Below, one piece after another: positions 1-14,039 of a stretch of DNA of 64,000 nucleotides. Numbering within the stretch: the stretch's first letter is position 1; every line of letters begins with the position of its first letter. Where the stretch lies: the NCBI GenBank assembly GCA_951406725.2, contig OX597819.1, positions 8,308,001-8,372,000 on the forward strand. Direction: 5' to 3'. Made by a program: the position numbers and the translations under genes. A model generated the notes under the pieces. The model was not told the origin of the DNA, searched no databases, and saw only the letters and a list, made by a program, of their open reading frames with translations. This DNA is from Octopus vulgaris (lineage: Eukaryota).

Positions 1-326
1 TCACTACGCTAACTCTCCAATTCGCTTACTCCCCAGTATGTACGAAAATACATCTGCATGAATTCAATTCGCTTTCTTCTGAAACATGATGTTTGTATAC
101 ATATGAATATACATAGGTGCTTGCTGTCAGTTTGGATATGTGTTTATACACACACACACACGCTCACACACACAAGCACACTCTCAAATGCACGCATATA
201 CATGTATATAATATGCCTGGACGTAAGTGCTTATTCACTAATGTGTTTGTCTGTTTTAGTATATATGTATATACATGCAAACATACCTACGTAGATACAT
301 ACACAAACACATTATACATACATACA

Positions 327-360
<34 letters not shown>

Positions 361-1128
361 CGTTTATATAACTATATATATATATATATACATACACATA
401 ATATATTATATATATATGTGTACATATTTATATATATATATATATATATGCATATGCATGAATACATATATGTATATATGAGAGTATCTGTACTATTATT
501 CTAATGTATGAGAATATATAAACATATAAATATAATATCTTTTGTTTGTATAAATATACAAGTGTATGAATATGAACATGTATATGCGTCTGTGCGTGTT
601 AAATTCCTATTATCAAGTCAAAACCATCCTGAGAGTGGCATATTACAGCTTTTTTTTTATAGCATTTCCCCATATTTTACGAATTATTTTTGTTCTTTTT
701 TTTTTAGTCTAAACCCAAATGTCTTTTGTCGGTAGGTCTGGCAGCTGTCAAACGAATTCGATCCTAGAAATAATACAATTTTCTGTGAAATTACATCAGT
801 GCTTGTCACTTAATTCTGACAATAATAAACTCTCCATGATTCTATAGTGTACAAGCCACATTAGAAAAACGGAGAAGAAAAAAAAAGCACTACTAAAATA
901 GATCCACATTGGTATGTTGTTTTTTCCCCTTCTCCTTTATCCTTCGAACAGGATGGGATTATGTTTTTTATCAGTTTTCTTATTGCATTCGTTGAACATG
1001 ACGAAAAAAATATTTTTGCTTCTTCGCGTGTGTAAATTGTATGTATGTATGTATGTGCGTATGTATGTAGATAGACTGATATATATATTATGCATACATA
1101 CATATCTATATCAATCTATCTCTCTCTT

Positions 1129-1246
<118 letters not shown>

Positions 1247-2379
1247 TACATTCTTATACATACATGTATTTATATAAGTATACATATATAATCTCGTCTC
1301 TCTACTTGTACATACGTACGAACGTGTGCGTATGTGTCTCTGTGTAAGTGCATCCATCTTCGTGTTCTTTTGATGCTTATAAATTGTTGATTTAATATTG
1401 TCTAGAAACATTTGTTTGCAGCTTAATACGTAAATCTGTCCGGTAAATTCTTATAAGTTAGATTTATGTAAGGTTAACCGGTTTTGTCACCACCACCAGC
1501 AAAACCACCAACACCACCATCACCACTATCTTCCTTATCATCATCATCATCATCATCATAGCTCATTCATATTTTGCATCTCCCTTAATGCCGCTTTATA
1601 CAAGAATAGTTTGTATAAATAGTATATGGATAATATATTTTTTTATGGCCTAACCATAGGTTGTGAGTTCAATACCACTATAAGTGTGTTATTGTTGTTG
1701 CCATTGTTGTAGCTGCTTACTCCCCATATCGTCTCTGATTGAGTAAATATTTAATCAAAAGCACTCATACCATGACTATTGTATCTTTGTTGTAATGTAT
1801 TAGGTACCCTACACTACACTATCCAACTACGGCGTAGTTTCAAGGAGATTTGGCTAATATTTTTGTTAGGTCAAATGATCACCTAAAGTTTCCCTCGCTG
1901 GCTTTTGAAAGTTTATAGCTCTGCACAAATGAATCTACCCAGATGCCGAGAGTAATTATCAAATAATATGGAATGAATTTTTGTATAAACATAATATTTG
2001 GTATACTAGACTGAAGATTATTGTACTTAAAGATTTTCATAACTTGGACATTCCGATAAAAGTAAGTAAGCAAACAATCAACTCCATATCAACTGTGAAA
2101 CAGACAAGAAATATGCTGAGGGTAAGGAAGCAGATGGGAAGGGCCAGTGGACTGCGGCTCGGTTTTATGCAGGACAAGTTTTCTCCGGACTGGGGGATCG
2201 CACATATTACAGACACATTAACATGCATAATACAAAGTTTATTAACAATAAAATATCAGGATGCATGAGAGGTGAATATATTTATTTATCCACTTGACAT
2301 CCTTAGGATTATGGCCGAGATAACCACACAATTTTCTGAATCCATATATTATACTACTAATTTAATCATTACATATATA

Positions 2380-2768
2380 TCTTTTTTTTCACTCCGTCGG
2401 TTACGACGATGAGGGTTCCGGTTGATCCGAATCAACGGAACAGCCTGCTCGTGAAATTAACGTGTAAGTGGCTGAGCACTCCACAGACATGTGTACCCTT
2501 AACGTAGTTCTCGGGGATATTCAGCGTGACACAGAGAGTGACAAGGCCGGCCCTTTGAAATACGGGCACAACAGAAACAGGAAGTAAGAGTGAGAGAAAG
2601 TTGTGGTAAAAGAGTACAGCAGGGATCACCACCATCCCTGCCGGAGCCTCGTGGAACTTTAAGGTGTTTTCGCTCAATAAACACTCAAAACGTCCGGTCT
2701 GGGAATCGAAACCGCGATCCTATGACCGCGAGTCCGCTGCCCTAACCACTGGGCCATTCCGCCTCCAC
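2380..2768 (-). mobile_element. tRNA-derived SINE, family A, long-tail form (resembles Octopus OR-type SINEs)
   Basis: Reverse strand begins GTGGAGGCGGAATGGCCCAGTGGTTAGGG (A box) ... GGTTTCGATTCCC (B box). Near-identical copies at 14.6, 58.4 and 59.6 kb. TSD CATTACATATATA at 2367-2379 and 2769-2781. Confidence 0.9.
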
Positions 2769-3884
2769 CATTACATATATAATACAGATATAATGCAAAA
2801 GCATACTGCGAACTGTGATGGTCGGTAAAGTGGAAATAAGATTTTAGAATTTATTCCTTCTGCGCGGTCTAAACGATTCACGGTCTGGTGGTTGGGACCT
2901 GTACAATATTCTCTCACTTCAGGTACATCTCAGGTACTATGGATTGGCAGATTAATGGGACTGGTCAACGAAATGTTTTGTGATATTTGTTCTAGCGATT
3001 TGTGTTCTAATTTCTTGAAAAACCACCTGGGTGGCCTGGGCTGGATGGGGGTAGGGGGGATCAGATTATTGTTTGAGGAAAAATTTGCACCTCCCTAATC
3101 TCGGTCTCAGAAACCCCCCCCCCCAATAAAATAAACAATCATAAGCGTTGCCCTTCCTTCCTGAGCTAAGCGGTAAAATAACTTCATGTGTTGCGCCTGG
3201 TGAATGATAAAAAAAATTGTTTTGATAAAAAACCTGCTCACAGAAGTAGAACTATAAACATCCTAGTATTGGAGAAACGTTTATCAATTATTGAGGGTAT
3301 ACATATTCCACGTACAACGACAGTATCTAGATTTGATCTTCTACAGAATCTACAAACCGTATTTGTCATATTCCAGCAAATTAGGGAACAGCACTTACGT
3401 TTGCTTGAAGAGTAGATTCTGGGAGACCTATAAGAGGCATATTACTTCCAGTGTAGATGAATGTAATTCCACAATTCAACAATATGATATTTCTAACTGA
3501 AAACTTCTTTAACTAAAGGAGGTAAGGACGTTTCAGTATGCATATCACGAATACAATAAAATCAAATCGATCAATACGTTTACAAGGAGTCCTGGGAGTA
3601 TATAAACATCAAAGATAAAGATCTGTTGAAACAAAGACTCAAACGTTGTTGTGAGGATCAACAAACATCAGTTGTTGCAAATATCTGTAAGAAAGTTGCT
3701 ACTAAGACTGTAGCAAAACATACACCCTTGTTCGCAATCCTAAGTTTTTCTTTATAAACACATCTCTAAAACTGGTGACGTTTTCGCTAAGAGAAGGTCC
3801 CGCACCTTCAAAATCTCGCCAGTTTGTGGTGCAGTGAAGATATGGAAAACATTAGAAATATTTTTCATTTGAGTCTCCTGCAGC

Positions 3885-3932
<48 letters not shown>

Positions 3933-4679
3933 TATACACACACATTGTTTGCGTGTAAATAAAATTCATCGTGCGTCGGTTTCGACGATTATTATTCCAG
4001 TTGTTTGATCAGCTGAATGATCTAATCCGGGACTATAGTGTAAGTGGTTGAGTACTCTACAAGCACATGTACTCTCAATACAATCATTTAGCTAGAAACA
4101 GCTTGACACTATGAGAAAGAAGGCGTTTTGAGTATCAAACACAATCCATTCGTTCGGTTTCCACGCACTTTCTACCGACTCAATTTTGCTCTTAAAAGCG
4201 TTTTACCGTCTCTGATTTCATTCCTGTATCCACAAGCATGGACTCTCCAACATATGCACATACACACACTATCTGTGTGTAAATTTGTGTATAGCAATAT
4301 GTATGGTATAGATGCATGTTTGAATGTATTTATTTGTTTATACATTAATACGCAAACACACACACATGCACATGCAGATGCACATGCGCACACACTATGT
4401 GCAATTGTGTGTAAATGGGTATGCATGATATGTGTGTGCGTATGTGCAAGAAATACTCCGTCTAATGAGATATAAATATCATTTGATATACTCTACATTT
4501 AAATAAGAGCTAAAAATTTCTTCTCATTAAGGCACGTGGTTAGGTAGGTTTTAAAATTGTGCCTTGTGTTTCCATGCATTCTGCATGCTGGTACATGAGA
4601 AAGAGAAGGCTGATGCAAAACATGGAATGTAAACGGAAAAGAACAGGAAAAAAAGAAAAAATATTAAAGTTACGTTCCC

Positions 4680-6215
4680 TTCGACCGCGATCTTCTAGGT
4701 CCCTACATTAAATACACTGATTTTAAGTTCCTATCTACGATATTACCAGGACGATGGGTTGAGAATATCTCATGGCAGTGATGATCATGCTCTAGATGAA
4801 TTTAGGAAAAACCTAATTTATACCTTTAGTCAATTATGCTCCAAAACCACTGTCGACACTAGTCTGTCAAGGTCCATTTTTTAGTTGTTTCCCTAGACTT
4901 AAACTCCCGCTCTTATAAACCCTACAATAAACTCATTTATATACACAAACAGTGTTAATGTGTGGTTGAAACATCTCACAATTTTAAATCGAAGGATTTC
5001 AACACACTACTTAATCCCAGGTCTTGTCACCGCACTCCCTCCCCATCGTACTACTGATGGCTAATATCAGTAATACGATATCTAAATTCTCCTCTTCAAA
5101 AGAAATATTTGATAAAGCAGCCCCTTCTATGATAATGGTTTAGTTAATAACGGCTTCAAAAATAAGATATATTAGAACATTTCAATTAAAATTACGAAAC
5201 TTAAAAATAGACCTTGCGATATATGGTCTGCCCCCCGCCCTTTCTCTCTAGATATTAAAACTAACGCAAGCAAGAAATTCCTGGCTCTTTTAGATAAGCA
5301 CTTTTCAGTAAACCATAAATACGGGGAGATTTTTAATAGACGTACGATAAAACTATCATACAGCTGCTATTTCAGTATGAAAGACATTATGACTCGTAAG
5401 CCTACTGACGGGCTTATGTGTAATAACTCTCGAGACCCCGAAGTTTGCTCACTTGCCTACGCGTGTAAGATAAACTCTGTCGTCTATGAGGTAGAAGTCA
5501 CAGCAACGCTTCAAGATGACGTAACTGAAAAGAAAAATTATATCAGTTTATACGAAATTACATCAGCTTATATGAAAGCAATTTTAAAAGACGTTATGGA
5601 AGGCAACCACTAGTCTTCTTCCTGGCACATCGACAAAATTAAACCCACCATGCTGGTTATCCATATATGGGGTTTGAAGATCAACTGCACACCACATACA
5701 ATCAAGCTTTTTATATACAGAAATTCCACTGCACCATTTACTTCTAGTTCTGAAATTTTCAGTAAATGCAAGGCGCAGGAGTGGCTGTGTGGTAAGTAGC
5801 TTGCTAACCAACCACATGGTTCCGGGTTCAGTCCCACTGCGTGGCATCGTGGGCAAGTGTCTTCTGCTATAGCCCTGGGCCGACCAATGCCTTGTGAGTG
5901 GATTTGGTAGACGGAAACTGAAAGAAGCCTGTCGTATATATGTAAATATATATATAAGTGTGAGTGTATATGTTTGTGTGTCTGTGTTTGTCCCCCTAGC
6001 ATTGCTTGACAACCGATGCTGGTGTGTTTACGTCCCCGTCACTTAGCGGTTCGGCAAAAGAGACCGATAGAATAAGTACTGGGCTTACAAAGAATAAGTT
6101 CCGAGGTCGGTTTGCTCGATTAAAGGCGGTGCTCCAGCATGGCCGCAGTCAAATGACTGAAACAAGTAAAAGAGTAAATGCAAGTATATAAACAACTTTC
6201 AGCGAACTTTCTTTC
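4680..6215 (+). mobile_element. Decayed Penelope-like retroelement (RT C-terminal half + GIY-YIG endonuclease), interrupted by a SINE
   Basis: Frameshifted translation gives YYQDDGL (RT YxDD), HFLVVSLDLNSRSYKPY, ISKFSSSKEIFDKAAP, KFLALLDKHFSVNHKY..IFNRRTIKLSYSC, the Cys-rich linker CNNSRDPEVC...VVYEVEVT...NYIS and the terminal EIFSKCK. All are typical of PLE ORFs. Confidence 0.8.
5773..6172 (+). mobile_element. tRNA-derived SINE, family B (GGCGCAGGAGTGGCTGTGTGG head, internal microsatellite, AGTAAAAG tail)
   Basis: Full copy with A/B-box-like head. TSD AGTAAATGCAAG at 5761-5772 and 6173-6184. Inserted in the PLE 3' end. Confidence 0.9.
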
Positions 6216-6693
6216 CGTTTCTATTCATTTTTTTGTCTTCCTATTCCACTTTTCGCATCAACCATCTCTTTTTTTTTCCTCGTAGTTTTTCATGTACTTG
6301 CGTCCGGATTTTCAAATAGAACATGCGTTCAGACCCTGGAGATCGTTTGGAGACAAAAGAGCATGTTATAAACACTTTTAATGACCAGAAACTATTAACA
6401 GCTCTTATTTTTAATACATTGTACATTAAATTATATATATGCATATGCATAAGTACATACAGTTACGTGCACACACTCTAACACAAACAAACAAGTACGT
6501 AATTATTCCAGCAGTGATTTCGTAGTTTCACCGTCTTGGAGCTTATTCAGCCAATCTGAACCGGCAAGTTGAGCCGTCCTTACCGCACATCAAAATTCAA
6601 TCAGTTCTTCTTTTTGAAACGTCAAAAATCAGTAACGAGGTATTATTTGCTAAAATATAATATAAATAAAATTATGCAAGATACCGATATATA

Positions 6694-7282
<589 letters not shown>

Positions 7283-7317
7283 ATGTATGTATGTATGTAT
7301 GTATGTATATATATGCG

Positions 7318-7472
7318 GGCTGTGTAGTAGGAAGCTTACTTCCCAACACTATTGCTCCGGGTTCAGTCCCACTGCGTGGCACTTCGGGCAGGTGTCGTCT
7401 ACTATAGCCTCGGGCCAATCAGAGCCTCGTGAGAGGATTTGGTAGACTGAAACAGAAAGGAGACCGCCGTAT
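7318..7472 (+). mobile_element. SINE family B, diverged 5' half
   Basis: Homology to 5773-5935 (CCGGGTTCAGTCCCACTGCGTGGCAC...). Confidence 0.8.
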
Positions 7473-7504
<32 letters not shown>

Positions 7505-8079
7505 TTTTTAATAATTAAGGGTACTAACAAGCAGTACCGACATGCTGAATATAGCAGTCAAATTTTTACTTCAACACAAAGGTGAAAGCGGGTAAATAAA
7601 TATAAATTCTAAAACCCTGTACTAATGAGGAAAATAATCGAAAATTGAAAAGGCCAGACATACCCGTATCACCGTGATTTCGAACTTTGAGAAAAACTCT
7701 TACTGACCCCAGAGTTATAGAAATTATTCATCTCACCAATGTTCACCATAACCGTTTTTAATGCCGCAACAAATTAAATAAGGTGATCGAAACGAATAAA
7801 AATTATTTAAATATATATGAGGATCAGTGGCTTAGCATGCGCAAAAAGCCCATAACGGTAAAAATAATTTGCAATTAATAATTAAGGGCACTAGCAAGCA
7901 GTACCGCCATGCTAAATATTGCAGTCAAAATGACCAAACTACAAATTTTCACTAAACCACAAAAGTGAAAGCGCGCAAATGAATTTGTTAATTCCCTTAA
8001 TTATTAATTGCTAATGTTTTTACCGTTATGGGATTTTTACGCACGCTGAGCCACTGATATCATAAACAGTAATATTCCC

Positions 8080-8080
<1 letters not shown>
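7505..8080. repeat. (TA)n-embedded element with internal direct and inverted duplications
   Basis: 7507-7605 directly repeats ~7875-7985. 7824-7888 is inverted at ~7993-8060. Confidence 0.75.
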
Positions 8081-8172
<92 letters not shown>

Positions 8173-8374
8173 GTTGATTCGCTAGCTTCTGCACGCATTT
8201 TTTTCTCTCCTTGTTTCTTTCCGTGTTTCTTTTCTGTGTATCTTTCTGCTGAAGAGCGTTGGCTCGAAACGTAAAAGACTTGTTTTATTTATATTCCTGA
8301 GCGCCATACTAATACAATTGTTTGTTTGTATTCCACCTGCCTTCGTCTTTTGTTTATTTTCATAAAGCTTGCCG

Positions 8375-8375
<1 letters not shown>
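8173..8375 (+). mobile_element. (TA)n-embedded short element with hammerhead-like fold at 8241-8278
   Basis: TCTTT-CTGCTGA-A-GAGC(GTTG)GCTC-GAAA-C-GTA-AAAGA. Related copy at ~61050-61212. Confidence 0.65.
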
Positions 8376-8464
<89 letters not shown>

Positions 8465-8496
8465 ATATATATATGTATATATATATATATGTATTA

Positions 8497-8631
<135 letters not shown>

Positions 8632-8709
8632 CATATATATCTATATCTATCTATCTATCTATATATATATATATATATATGTATGTATACATGTATGTCT
8701 GTATGTATG

Positions 8710-8781
<72 letters not shown>

Positions 8782-8844
8782 GTACATATATATATATTTA
8801 TATTTACACACACGCACACACTTATATGTGCATATATATATATA

Positions 8845-9080
8845 GTTATGTGTGTGCGTCTAAGTCTGTGTTTGTCCCTCCCACCATCGATTCACAACAG
8901 ATGCTGGTGTGTTGATGTCCTCGTAACTTCGTCGTTTAGCGGAAGCGACCGCTAGAATAAGTACTAAGCTGACAAAGTATAAGTCCTGGGGTCGATTACT
9001 TTGACTAAAACCATTTAAGGCGGTGATCCAACTTGGCTGCAGTCAAATGAATGAGACGTGTAAAAGAATAAAAGAGTAAA
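8845..9080 (+). mobile_element. SINE family B, diverged 3' half
   Basis: GATGCTGGTGTGTT...AGAATAAGTACT...GGGGTCGAT...GCAGTCAAATGA...TAAAAGAGTAAA. Confidence 0.75.
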
Positions 9081-9116
9081 TGAATAAAAGAATATGTGTG
9101 TTTGTGTACGCGCGCC

Positions 9117-9265
<149 letters not shown>

Positions 9266-9282
9266 TTATATATATATAAACA

Positions 9283-9325
<43 letters not shown>

Positions 9326-9372
9326 TTATATATATATATATATATATATATACACTTATATATATATATATA

Positions 9373-9406
<34 letters not shown>

Positions 9407-10145
9407 TTATATATAGATGTACATATGTAACTTATACGTGACATGTAAATGCATACATATGCATCATGTAATCGTGCATCACACAAAAATTAAATACTCA
9501 GGCATAAGTACCACGCATACGTTTATACATAACCCGAACATTCATACATAGATACATGCATACATGTATGCACGAATAAATGTGAACATACATAATACAT
9601 TCATGCATTCATATCCATGTGTGTGGCTAGGTATGTAAATTTGTAGGCATGTCCTACAACAGCATTGTAATAGAGAAGAACAAGAACAAGTATATGAAGA
9701 AGAAGATAATTAAATAAAGTGAGAAAGAAAAAAAAATATATATATAACTGAATGAAGAAAGATAAAAAGAAGGCGAGAAAAGCAAAGAAGGAAATTAGAT
9801 TAGCCAACAAGTTTGCAAATGTTTGGAGACGTCAAAACGATTTCGATGACGCATATTGATTGTAACAGGAGGTAAAATAGATTGTTGTATTTTCTGGCAA
9901 TTTCTAACCTTTGCGACATTCAACTCTACGAGACAATTATACCGAGATGGCCGCACATCGATTGATATATCAAGAACTTGACAAGATGAAGATAACTGCC
10001 AGGCAGATATAACAAACGTACCGTTTCCATTTTCCACCAGTCCTCTGTCAGAAATCTTCATTGCTTCTATCATAACTCATTTGGCGAAGATTCTTTGAAC
10101 AGTCACTTGCTATCAGTTACTCTTGATATATAAAACCGAGCATTC

Positions 10146-10241
<96 letters not shown>

Positions 10242-10326
10242 TTAAGCGTCAAACATATGTGTGTGTATATGTACCCAGTATACACAAGCTGAACTATATA
10301 TGAACAAGTACATAGCTAGGTAAATG

Positions 10327-10407
<81 letters not shown>

Positions 10408-10493
10408 GTAGGTAGATAGATTGAGTGGTGTTTTCCCTTTTTCCTTATCCTCGAATCAGTTATATTGCACTTTGTATTAGATTATCTTAAGTC

Positions 10494-10603
<110 letters not shown>

Positions 10604-10661
10604 TTATCTATCTATCCATCCATCTAGCTATCTATCTTTTTAATACGTGTTTTCATGCAAC

Positions 10662-10697
<36 letters not shown>

Positions 10698-10712
10698 CTA
10701 TATATATATAGG

Positions 10713-10800
10713 AAAATATTGAACGCTTCACGAATTTGCGTATCATCCTTGCGCAGGGGTCATGCTAATCTTCTATCTCTCTCTCTCTCTCTCTCTGTAT
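10713..10800 (-). pseudogene. U6 snRNA pseudogene (3' ~65 nt)
   Basis: Reverse strand AGAAGATTAGCATGACCCCTGCGCAAGGATGATACGCAAATTCGTGAAGCGTTCAATATTTT matches canonical U6 with 3 substitutions. The 5' stem-loop and promoter are absent. Confidence 0.93.
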
Positions 10801-10825
10801 ATATATATATATATATATGCATATA

Positions 10826-12285
10826 TGGGTACAGGACGCCACCAACAGTAAACAACATGAAATATGAAAAGAAATGAGTCAGATACCCGAAAACAACGAG
10901 ACAAAAAGAAATGGAAAACAGAACAAGTAACACAAAGAACGACCCTTCATCAGTTGTCGGTTGTCTATCTACTCCTCATTTCGAGCATTCAATGAGAATA
11001 TGAGTCTTCGAAGACAGTTGCTCCCATAAATACCAAAATAAAATTTTGGATTTATGAAGGCTCAAAGTTGAGAACAAAAACAGGACAGTAGAGACATGCA
11101 AGGAAACCTAACGGAAACAAACATGGAAGGTCTTAGACCAGAACGAGGGTAAAATAGTGAACGCTGGAGAAATATTTTCTTAGAAAAGAGAAAAATGAGA
11201 AGAGAGAGATAAAATACGTCCATTCCTTAGGACGTCCTGGACACCCTTCTATTTGCCGACGATATCAAACTGGTCGCTCCTCGCGGTAATATAGAGGATC
11301 TTCGTCGATACCTCCACCAAATTTGGAAGTGGTCTAACGATTGGGACCTGTGTCTGAACGTGTCAAAGTGCTGTCATCTGCCTGTCGGCTCTACTCCTGC
11401 AACTCAACTTGATTTCGAGCCGGGTCGTCTGCTGCTGGAGAGGACCGATCAGGTAAAGGACCTGGGTATCTTGGTGGATTCCTCCTTTTCGCCTTCGGCC
11501 CAGTGCGTCCGTGCTGCCAACAAAGCACGCGGAATTCTGTTCTTGATTCGACGGTCATTCGGAATGCTCACAGCAGCCATATTCCTACCACTCTATGTCA
11601 CGCTGGTGAGACCCATATTGGAGTATGGGATTCAAGCCTCTTCTCCTTATCTCCTCAAAGACATACAGCATCTCGAAAGAGTCCAGAAGCTGGCTACCCG
11701 CATGGTTCATGGTCTCAAAAATTTGTCCTACGAAGAAAGGCTGAGGACGCTCGACCTTTATTCTCTTGAAAAACGCCGTCGCCGTGGTGATTTCATTCTC
11801 GCCCACAACATCATAAGCGGAAAGTGTAACCTCTCGAAAGAGCTGTTCTTCACTCCTGCTCCAGAGCGTCGGCTGCGGGGTCATTCCGAAAAGCTCTACC
11901 TGCGACGATTTCATCTCAATCGAAGGAGAGGAGCTTTCTCCGTCCAGGTTGCGGATCCGTGGAACAAGCTGCCAGACGAGATGGTAAAGATGCCGACGAC
12001 CGCTTTGTTCAAAGCCTCCCTGGACCTCAAGTGGCCTGAACTCTTTACATGAACACCACCCTGTACTTAACTCCATGTCCCTCTACATGGCCTTGCTATT
12101 TGCTTTTGAGCCAAATTAACTAACTAACTAACTAACTTAAGAAAGATGGTCACGTGAAGAAAAAGAAAGTTGGACAGTGGTCCCGTGTAAGCAACGAGAG
12201 TGATAAAAAGAGAAAGAGGGAGAGAGAGACAGATAGCAAACGGTGAAGGGGGAAAATGAATTTGAGAAAGAGGGGGAAAACAGTA
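10826..12285 (-). mobile_element. (TA)n-embedded dispersed repeat (same family as 60878-61040), split by a CR1 insertion
   Basis: Reverse complement TTGAATGCTCGAAATGAGGAGTAGATAGACAACCGACAACTGATGAAGGGTCGTTC matches 60880-60935. Host sequence resumes after the LINE tail at ~12138. Confidence 0.6.
11225..12137 (+). mobile_element. 5'-truncated CR1-type LINE (RT C-terminus) with (TAAC)n tail
   Basis: LLFADDIKL, then open frame 11360-12052 with LYVTLVRPILEYG, LERVQKLATRMV, YEERLRTLDLYSLEKRRRRGD, WNKLP. TAACTAAC tail at 12117-12137. Confidence 0.92.
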
Positions 12286-12492
12286 TATATATAGATATAT
12301 ATATATAAAGATGTAAATTGATAAATGGATAGATATATAGATAGACATACATACGTACGTATATGGTTTTTCTTTTCTCTCCGTCTACTTAACCTTACAT
12401 AGACTAATCAGTTATTTTATATCTTGAATTAGATTTATCTTAATTCATCTATCTATCTATATATCTATCTGTCTGCCTGTCTGTCTGTCTGC

Positions 12493-12561
<69 letters not shown>

Positions 12562-12584
12562 CATCTATCCATCCATCTATCTAC

Positions 12585-12665
<81 letters not shown>

Positions 12666-12789
12666 CATCTATCTGTCTGTCTGTCTCTCTATTTGCGATC
12701 GATCGATCTATCTATCTGTATACTTAGATACTTAGTTAATAGCACCACCTTGAAAAGACTTTCAATGATGATTCATAATACAGTCATTC

Positions 12790-13670
12790 CAGTAAAGAGT
12801 CATTGTTTGCAGACATATAGATGAGTGTCGGTGGTTTATCTAGAATTTGTTGGAGATATTCATCCAGGAACCGTGTGAATGCTACGAGATTGTTTTCTTC
12901 TCCCATATGTCTTCGTACTATGTAGAAAAGAGCAGCGCCAGTTAAGATGAAATCGTTCTATCTTAATGTTGTGTTGTGACACGAGCTTGATTTTTATAGA
13001 GGGCGGATAGTACGAGGACCAAGACTTAGATGAATTTTAAAGTTTATGTAAAATTCATTTGGGCAATATTGGTGGAATATTTTCCGCGAAATACAAATGA
13101 TATAACGCAGACGGCGGTGTAGGAGGGAATAAGGTTTGATTGTCTCGACGCAGTCCTAACAATCAAAATCTGTATTATTGTCTATTTTTTTATTTTTTTG
13201 TAATTGATCTCTGGAGAGGGTGCCTCAATTTTTATATTTTGTTTCGTGTAAGGAAACTACAGCGTCTCCGCCTCCGCACAAGGAAAGCGAAGGCGGAGAA
13301 GAGAAGGATAAGAGGATATAGCAGCATTTCCTGCGGACCATGTTAGCTTTCCTGTTGATGTTGGCAGTCCAGCTTAAGTTGTTGACAGTTAGAAGCGGTG
13401 ATGATGCCTCTTTTCCGAAGTGAATTAATTCAAATTTATTCCCGTTTACTTGCATATTGTGTTTTTCCGTCCATCGGATAACAGCGAGTAGATCCAATTG
13501 GAGATTAATCCAGTCTCTTGACCTGTTGATGACCTTTAGAAGCTTAAAGTCATCCGTGAAAATTCTAATGAAGTCATCAAGTCAACGATGTCATTGACGT
13601 AAATAAAGAAAAGAACTGGGCCCAATACAGTACCTTACGGGACTCCACTGATGACTCTTGCTAAGGCTCT
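12790..13670 (-). mobile_element. Decayed CR1/L2-group LINE 3' portion
   Basis: Minus-strand SGVP*GTVLGPVLFFIYVND, FTDDFKLLK, WTEKHNMQVNGNKF and terminal [28 protein letters not shown]. Confidence 0.75.
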
Positions 13671-13739
13671 CTTTAGCATATATCGAGAAAAGAATTTGAA
13701 GGAATTTTAGAAACAAACACCAAACAAAGTCTACCTCCA

Positions 13740-13915
13740 CAAACCAAGAAGTTTAAGATCCTTGCATACCAATTAAATTGCTTATAGAACAATGACCACC
13801 TTGGGAGAAACATATATCTCTTCCTAGAAATGATTTCAACTCAATAGAGACAAAGCAAATTCATCCCAGTCCGAAGAGGCTTGGCTGGCCGAAACTTCAA
13901 AGTCACCATCAATAA
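13740..13915 (+). mobile_element. Possible PLE 3' remnant with hammerhead-like motif (13869-13906)
   Basis: FKILA...LNRDK-like GIY-YIG tail, then GT-CCGAAGA-GGC(TTGGCTG)GCC-GAAA-CTT(CA)AA-GTC-AC. Confidence 0.45.
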
Positions 13916-14039
13916 CTTTCTTGTATAAGAATAATAATTCTGTACTCTACGAAAGTATTGAGTAACTCATCACATTAATGTAGAATTGTGTTTATTATAA
14001 CAGAACAGAAAGGACATCAGTGTCTGGAACCTAGTGTTG

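Noticed and set aside
2432-2677. Recurrent ORF MVVIPAVLFHHNFLSLLLPVSVVPVFQ (also 14.6, 58.6, 59.7 kb)
   Set aside because: Incidental reading frame of SINE family A.
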